NCBI GenBank assembly: GCA_947452065.1
Contig: CANGBB010000005.1
Span: 12,820-76,819, forward strand
Direction of reading: 5' to 3'
Origin: Gammaproteobacteria bacterium
Lineage (GTDB): Bacteria > Pseudomonadota > Gammaproteobacteria > Steroidobacterales > Steroidobacteraceae
DNA: 64,000 nucleotides
Every line of letters begins with the position of its first letter. The first letter of the stretch is position 1. The notes beneath the pieces are model-generated. The model made no database searches, was not told where the DNA came from, and worked only from the letters and a program-made list of their open reading frames with translations. A program made the position numbers and the translations under genes. Shown here one piece after another: positions 59,350 to 64,000 of the stretch.

Positions 59350-60398
59350 GACAGGTGTTGCTCCAGTATGGCGCTCAGACGCCCCAGTACATCATCCACT
59401 TCGATCAAGTCCATGGCCCCCGGCGCCTCAATGTCTGCGGTCCATTTGAGTTGTTCAGGCTCGCAGTGCCGAAAGCGCCGTGCCGCTTCAGCATAACGGT
59501 CTACACAGTATTCGCGCGAGCGGTACGGGCCGGTGCGCGCCGAGCGTGTGCAGGCATACAGGCCAATCACCGGAACGCCGGCCAGTGTGCCGATGTGTGC
59601 CGGGCCCGAGTCGGGGGTCAGCAGGGCGGCGGCGCGCTGCAGGAGTGCCAGCAGCTCCGGCAGGGTGTCGCGACCAGCAAGATTCATCACCGGTACGCCG
59701 CAGCGCCGTTCGATCTCGGCGGCGACGGCCATTTCCGATGCGCTGGGCGCGGTGCACAGAATGACCCGCATGCCGCGCTCGCGCACTGCATGGGCAATCA
59801 CTGCCGCATAGCGTTCGATGCTCCAGTTGCGTACCGAATGGCTGGAGCAGGGGCTCACGACCAGTGCGCGCACGCCGTTGGGGATCAGTTCCCGCGCCCG
59901 AGTCACGGCCGCCTCGGGCAGCGGCAGATGCCAGTCCGGTGGCTCCGGCTGCAGGCCCAGCGCGGAGGCAAACTCCAGCGCCACATCCTGCATGTGCTGG
60001 CCGCTGCGCGCAGCGATCTGGCGGTTGGTGAACAGCCATTGCATTTCCCGGGCTCTGGAGCGGTCCAGACCCAGTCGGAGCGGCGCGCTCACCAGCATCG
60101 ACAGCAGGCTGGAGCGCAGCGATGTCTGCAGGTGCAGCAGCATGTCGAAACGCCGGCCGCGCAGGGCTGCATGCAGCGCGCGGCCGCTGCGCCACAGGGA
60201 GCGCTTGTCGATGGTGATAAACTCGACCCCGTCCAGCAGATGCATCAGCTTCGCTTCGGTTCGTCCGATGATCCAGGTGATGCGGGTCTCCGGCCATGCG
60301 CGTTGCAAAGCGCGCACCAGCGGCACGACATGACAGGTGTCACCGATGGCCGAGAGCCTCAATAGGCAAATGCTGTGTGGAGCCGGCGGGATCTTCAT
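59346..60398 (-). CDS. Glycosyltransferase family 9 (LPS heptosyltransferase-like)
   Basis: ICLLRLSAIGDTCHVVPLVRAL N-terminal motif and C-terminal DSGPAHIG motif typical of GT9. Confidence 0.88.
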   Translation of the reverse strand: MKIPPAPHSICLLRLSAIGDTCHVVPLVRALQRAWPETRITWIIGRTEAKLMHLLDGVEFITIDKRSLWRSGRALHAALRGRRFDMLLHLQTSLRSSLLSMLVSAPLRLGLDRSRAREMQWLFTNRQIAARSGQHMQDVALEFASALGLQPEPPDWHLPLPEAAVTRARELIPNGVRALVVSPCSSHSVRNWSIERYAAVIAHAVRERGMRVILCTAPSASEMAVAAEIERRCGVPVMNLAGRDTLPELLALLQRAAALLTPDSGPAHIGTLAGVPVIGLYACTRSARTGPYRSREYCVDRYAEAARRFRHCEPEQLKWTADIEAPGAMDLIEVDDVLGRLSAILEQHLS

Positions 60399-60479
60399 GG
60401 CGACGGAGTCGGGTGCTTGATCACAACAGGCGTTGGAACGGATTCCGGAGTGCAGCTGCAGCCCGTGTCGGGTGGCGCG

Positions 60480-61175
60480 ATGCTATACGACAGCTCCACC
60501 CTCAGCAACGCGCAAGAGGGCTGGCTTCGTCCCGACTGGTGGGCGCGTCGCGGGCAGGTGAGCTCCGCCGGTGCCGGACGTGGCGCCGCATGGCTGATTC
60601 AGGCCGGGCCGCGTCGGATGGTGCTGCGCCATTATCGCCGCGGTGGTCTGATCGCGCGGCTGTCTGAGGATCACTACTGGTGGCGTGGTGCTGAGCAGAC
60701 GCGCTCGTTCCGTGAGTGGCGCCTGCTACGACAGCTGTGGCATGAAGGTTTCCCGGTGCCCCAGCCAATCGCCGCGGGATACCGTCGCCAGGGCAGCACC
60801 TATAGCGCCGACATATTGATGGATTACCTGCCCGGGACGCAGTCGCTGGCGCGGCGACTGGAGCAGTCGTCGTTACCGCTGGTGTCGTGGATCGACATCG
60901 GGCGCTGTATCCGCCGTTTCGTCGATGCCGGTGTGCATCACGCGGATCTCAATGCGCACAATGTGCTGCTGGATGCTGAGGATCGTATCTGGCTGGTGGA
61001 CTTCGATCGCGCGCGAGTGCGTGCTGCGGGTCTCTGGTCCGATGCCATGCTGGCCCGTCTCCATAGCTCGTTGCGCAAGCTGACCGACGCGCTGCCATCC
61101 GAGCGCTTCACCACAGCCGACTGGCATGCGCTGCTCGATGCGTATCTCTCCGGCGCGCCGCGGCAGCGGGCCTGA
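60480..61175 (+). CDS. kdkA: 3-deoxy-D-manno-octulosonic acid kinase
   Basis: VLRHYRRGGL and HHADLNAHNVLLD...WLVDFDR kinase motifs. Lies immediately upstream of waaA. Confidence 0.88.
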   Translation: MLYDSSTLSNAQEGWLRPDWWARRGQVSSAGAGRGAAWLIQAGPRRMVLRHYRRGGLIARLSEDHYWWRGAEQTRSFREWRLLRQLWHEGFPVPQPIAAGYRRQGSTYSADILMDYLPGTQSLARRLEQSSLPLVSWIDIGRCIRRFVDAGVHHADLNAHNVLLDAEDRIWLVDFDRARVRAAGLWSDAMLARLHSSLRKLTDALPSERFTTADWHALLDAYLSGAPRQRA

Positions 61176-61177
61176 TC

Positions 61178-62437
61178 ATGCGCCGCCTCTATTCAGCGCT
61201 TCTGTGGCTGATATTGCCGCTGCACCTGCTGGGCTTGGTGTGGCGCGGTCTGCGCGAGCCTGAATACTGGCGCGGTGGCGCGCAGCGTTTCGGTTTCGGC
61301 TTCCAGTCCGACGATGCGTCGGCCGGATGTGTCTGGATCCACGCCGTATCAATGGGCGAGGTACAAGCGGCGGCGCCGCTGGTCGCTGCCTTGCACGAGC
61401 GGGGGCAGCGTGTCCTGCTCACCGCCGCCACGCCAACTGGCCGGCGCCGTGCGCAACAGTTGTGCGGCACCATCGCGATGGTGCGCTATGCGCCGCTCGA
61501 CTTCTCTGCCGGAGTGATGCGAGTGCTGCGTGCGGCGCGACCCCGTCTGTTGATCGTGATGGAGACGGAGCTGTGGCCGAACCTGCTGCATGCCTGCGCC
61601 CGTGCGCAGATCCCCGTGCTGGTGGCCAGTGCCCGACTGTCGGCACGAACCGCAGCGCGACTCGCGCGCTGGCCCGGTCTGCTCAGTGCGCCTGCACTCG
61701 CCAATCTTCATATCGCTGCTCAGACGCCTGCGGATGCCGACCGCTATCGCAGCATCGGCGCCCCAGATTTGGCTGTGCGCGTACTCGGCAATCTCAAATT
61801 CGACCGTGAAATCCCTGCTGGCACGATTGCAGGTGCCAGCGGTTTGCGCCAGGCACTGGGGAGCGAACGGCCTTTGTGGGTGGCGGGCAGCACGCATCCA
61901 GTAGAAGAAGATGCCGTGCTCGAAGCGCATCGCCAACTGTGTCGTCAACGCCCGGCATTATTGGTGCTGGCACCGAGGCATCCGCAGCGCTTCGATGAGT
62001 TGGCGTCGCGGCTGCGCACCGACGGCTGGCAATTTGTACGTCGGAGCGCGGGTGTGTCACCTGATTCGACCTGCCAGGTGCTGTTGCTCGACACCATGGG
62101 TGAGTTGGCCGACTTCTACGCTGCTGCGGATCTGGCCTATGTCGGCGGTAGTTTGGTGCCGGTTGGCGGACACAACCTGCTCGAGCCGGTGATGTTGGGC
62201 GTGGCCACAATCACCGGACCGTTGCACACCACTGCGCCTGAAGTATTCGCGGCACTGCGCGATGCTGGCGCGCTGGCCGTGGTGGGGGATGCAGCGGAGC
62301 TGGCGGGGCAGGTTGCGAACTTGCTGGCCAGTCAGGCCGATCGCGCCCGACTGATTGCTGCCGGAGGCAACGTATTGCGTGCCAATCGCGGCAGTTTGAA
62401 ACTGATCACCGACTGGGCGATGGCGCTCAGTCGGTGA
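61178..62437 (+). CDS. waaA: Kdo transferase WaaA (KdtA)
   Basis: WIHAVSMGEV and the C-terminal GGSLVPVGGHNLLEP motif of WaaA. Confidence 0.95.
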   Translation: MRRLYSALLWLILPLHLLGLVWRGLREPEYWRGGAQRFGFGFQSDDASAGCVWIHAVSMGEVQAAAPLVAALHERGQRVLLTAATPTGRRRAQQLCGTIAMVRYAPLDFSAGVMRVLRAARPRLLIVMETELWPNLLHACARAQIPVLVASARLSARTAARLARWPGLLSAPALANLHIAAQTPADADRYRSIGAPDLAVRVLGNLKFDREIPAGTIAGASGLRQALGSERPLWVAGSTHPVEEDAVLEAHRQLCRQRPALLVLAPRHPQRFDELASRLRTDGWQFVRRSAGVSPDSTCQVLLLDTMGELADFYAAADLAYVGGSLVPVGGHNLLEPVMLGVATITGPLHTTAPEVFAALRDAGALAVVGDAAELAGQVANLLASQADRARLIAAGGNVLRANRGSLKLITDWAMALSR

Positions 62438-62452
62438 TCCCTATGAACGCCG

Positions 62453-63796
62453 TTAGGGCGTCGCCGCGCCGGCTGTCGGTGTTGTCAGCCAGCCGTTGAT
62501 CAACTTGATGGTTTCCGCATCCAGAGAACCGGAAGCCAGCCGCAAAGCGACAATGTTGTTCAGGTAGCCGTACTTGGCCAACGCAAAGCTGGTCAGTGCC
62601 TGCACGTACTGCTGGCGCGAGGTCAGCACGTCCAGTGCCGTCTTGGTGCCCACTTCATAGCCGGCCTCGGTAGCCGACAGCGAAATGCGGTTGGAGGCCA
62701 CGGCCTGCTGCAGCGCGCGGACCTGAGCGATCTGGCTGATGACGCCCTGATACGCATCACGGGTCTGCTGCTCGATCTGGCGCGACACATTGTCGTACGC
62801 CGACTTGGCTGCATCCCAGCTGTAGCGGGCGGCACGCACCTTGGACTGCGTCAGGCCAGCGGAGAACAGCGGCATGGAGACGCCGGCCGACCAAGTGATG
62901 TCCTTGGTGTTCTGGTTGGGCTGGCTGCTGCTGGTGCTCGTACCGTTCAATGCCCAGTTGCGGTTCGCATTGACTGTGACATTGGGCAGGTGTCCGCCGA
63001 ATGCAGCCAGGTACTGGTCCTCGGCAATGTCGGCCGCAAGCCGTGCCGCCACCAGAGTCGAGTTCTGGGACAGCGCCGTGGCCACCCAGGCGTCTTCGCT
63101 GGCCGGTTCCGGCGAGAGCAGCGGCATGTCCGCGCGGGGCATAGCAAGGCTCGCGTACTTCATGCCGGTGATGATGCGCAGCTGTTCCTGCGCGGCTTCT
63201 ACGCTGCGCTGACTGGCGATCACCGCTGCCGAGGCGCTGTCACGGGCCGCGCGGGCGATTTCTACATCCGTGTTGGCGATCAGACCCACTTCAAAGCGAC
63301 GCTCGGACTGCTCCAGCTGTCGTGAGGCGGATTCCAGTGCGACCTTCAATGCGGCCAGCTGGTCCTGCGCACTCAGCACTGCGAAGTAGCGTGTCGTCAC
63401 GCGCGACACCAGCGACTGACGCGCAACCTGATAGTTGGCTTCCGCCTGTGCCGTGGAGGCATCGGCAGACTTGAGGCTGATCCAGCTGTTCCAGGAGAAC
63501 AGGTTCACCGTCAGACCGAGGGTGGCCGTGGTCGGATTGGTGTTGGTCGTGCTGTTGCTGCTACCGAGGCCGACGCCGGTCCAACTCTTGTTGGCGGTGG
63601 CGTTGAGCGGAAGCATGTTCAATATGGCCTGCGTCTTGGTTTCGCGCGAGGCCATATGCACCGCCTCGGCCTGACGCAAAATGGCATCGCTGGTCAGCGA
63701 CGTGTTGTAGACGGCTGCCAGATCCTCTGCCGAGGCCAATGCGGCGACTGAAGTCCCAGCCGCGATGGCGAGCGCCAGAATCAATTTCTGTTTCAT
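62453..63796 (-). CDS. tolC: TolC-family outer membrane channel
   Basis: Signal MKQKLILALAIAAGTSVAALASA, then DLAAVYNTSL. Two-repeat alpha/beta architecture of about 447 aa. Confidence 0.92.
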   Translation of the reverse strand: MKQKLILALAIAAGTSVAALASAEDLAAVYNTSLTSDAILRQAEAVHMASRETKTQAILNMLPLNATANKSWTGVGLGSSNSTTNTNPTTATLGLTVNLFSWNSWISLKSADASTAQAEANYQVARQSLVSRVTTRYFAVLSAQDQLAALKVALESASRQLEQSERRFEVGLIANTDVEIARAARDSASAAVIASQRSVEAAQEQLRIITGMKYASLAMPRADMPLLSPEPASEDAWVATALSQNSTLVAARLAADIAEDQYLAAFGGHLPNVTVNANRNWALNGTSTSSSQPNQNTKDITWSAGVSMPLFSAGLTQSKVRAARYSWDAAKSAYDNVSRQIEQQTRDAYQGVISQIAQVRALQQAVASNRISLSATEAGYEVGTKTALDVLTSRQQYVQALTSFALAKYGYLNNIVALRLASGSLDAETIKLINGWLTTPTAGAATP

Positions 63797-63813
63797 GCTG
63801 TGCCCTGTTCCGT

Positions 63814-64000
63814 TCAATAGGTAGTCATTTGCGGATCGACTTCGCGTGCCCAGGCATCTATTCCGCCTGAAAGGTTGCCCATGCGCTGGCAGCCATGCGC
63901 ATGCAGGTATTCCGCTGCCATCTGGCTGCGGCCACCGGCCTTGCACATCGCGATGATGGTCTTTGATACGTCAAGTTCCTTCAAGCGTAGCGGAATTTGC
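63814..64000 (-). CDS. Rhodanese-domain protein, 5' end beyond the window (absent from the ORF track)
   Basis: My translation of the minus strand: QIPLRLKELDVSKTIIAMCKAGGRSQMAAEYLHAHGCQRMGNLSGGIDAWAREVDPQMTTY-stop. The CxxGxRS active-site loop is present. The stop lies 17 nt before the tolC start. Confidence 0.85.
   Translation of the reverse strand, partial: QIPLRLKELDVSKTIIAMCKAGGRSQMAAEYLHAHGCQRMGNLSGGIDAWAREVDPQMTTY

Overview
High-GC (about 65 percent by eye) chromosomal segment of a Gram-negative bacterium. Gene content suggests a Xanthomonadales/Lysobacterales-type gammaproteobacterium (monomeric IDH, Kdo kinase next to waaA, DUF349, rhodanese-tolC); this is inference only. I call 55 protein-coding genes, two of them cut by the window edges: groEL at the 5' end and a rhodanese gene at the 3' end that the ORF track misses. 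Most are housekeeping or envelope functions: groEL, rluE, tex, ahpCF, icd, queD, ppiA, fbp, an RND efflux pair, tolC, and an LPS inner-core cluster of a GT9 gene, kdkA and waaA. There are also many Sec/Tat-exported hydrolases. I found no tRNA, rRNA, CRISPR array, transposase, integrase or recognisable defence genes. The items most worth a second look are: (1) a free-standing promoter-to-terminator unit of about 105 nt with a C7 loop at 58552-58690, a candidate sRNA or attenuator; (2) an orphan but intact fliM behind a near-consensus sigma54 promoter, with no other flagellar genes nearby; (3) a four-gene putative transmembrane electron-transfer and flavinylation module (PepSY-TM, DUF2271 with an ApbE-type motif, ApbE without a signal peptide, TM-anchored flavodoxin/FNR reductase); (4) mepK-yqjD-yqjE-ldtD linkage; (5) a divergent EF-G paralogue behind a heavily structured spacer downstream of a DUF349 gene; (6) a TerC/YjbE gene whose first TM helix lies upstream of any in-frame start, with an ATG one base out of frame next to a G5 run; (7) a decapitated S53 peptidase next to an AT-richer patch holding orphan secreted proteins. 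All family assignments come from motif and colinearity recognition by eye. No database search was run.
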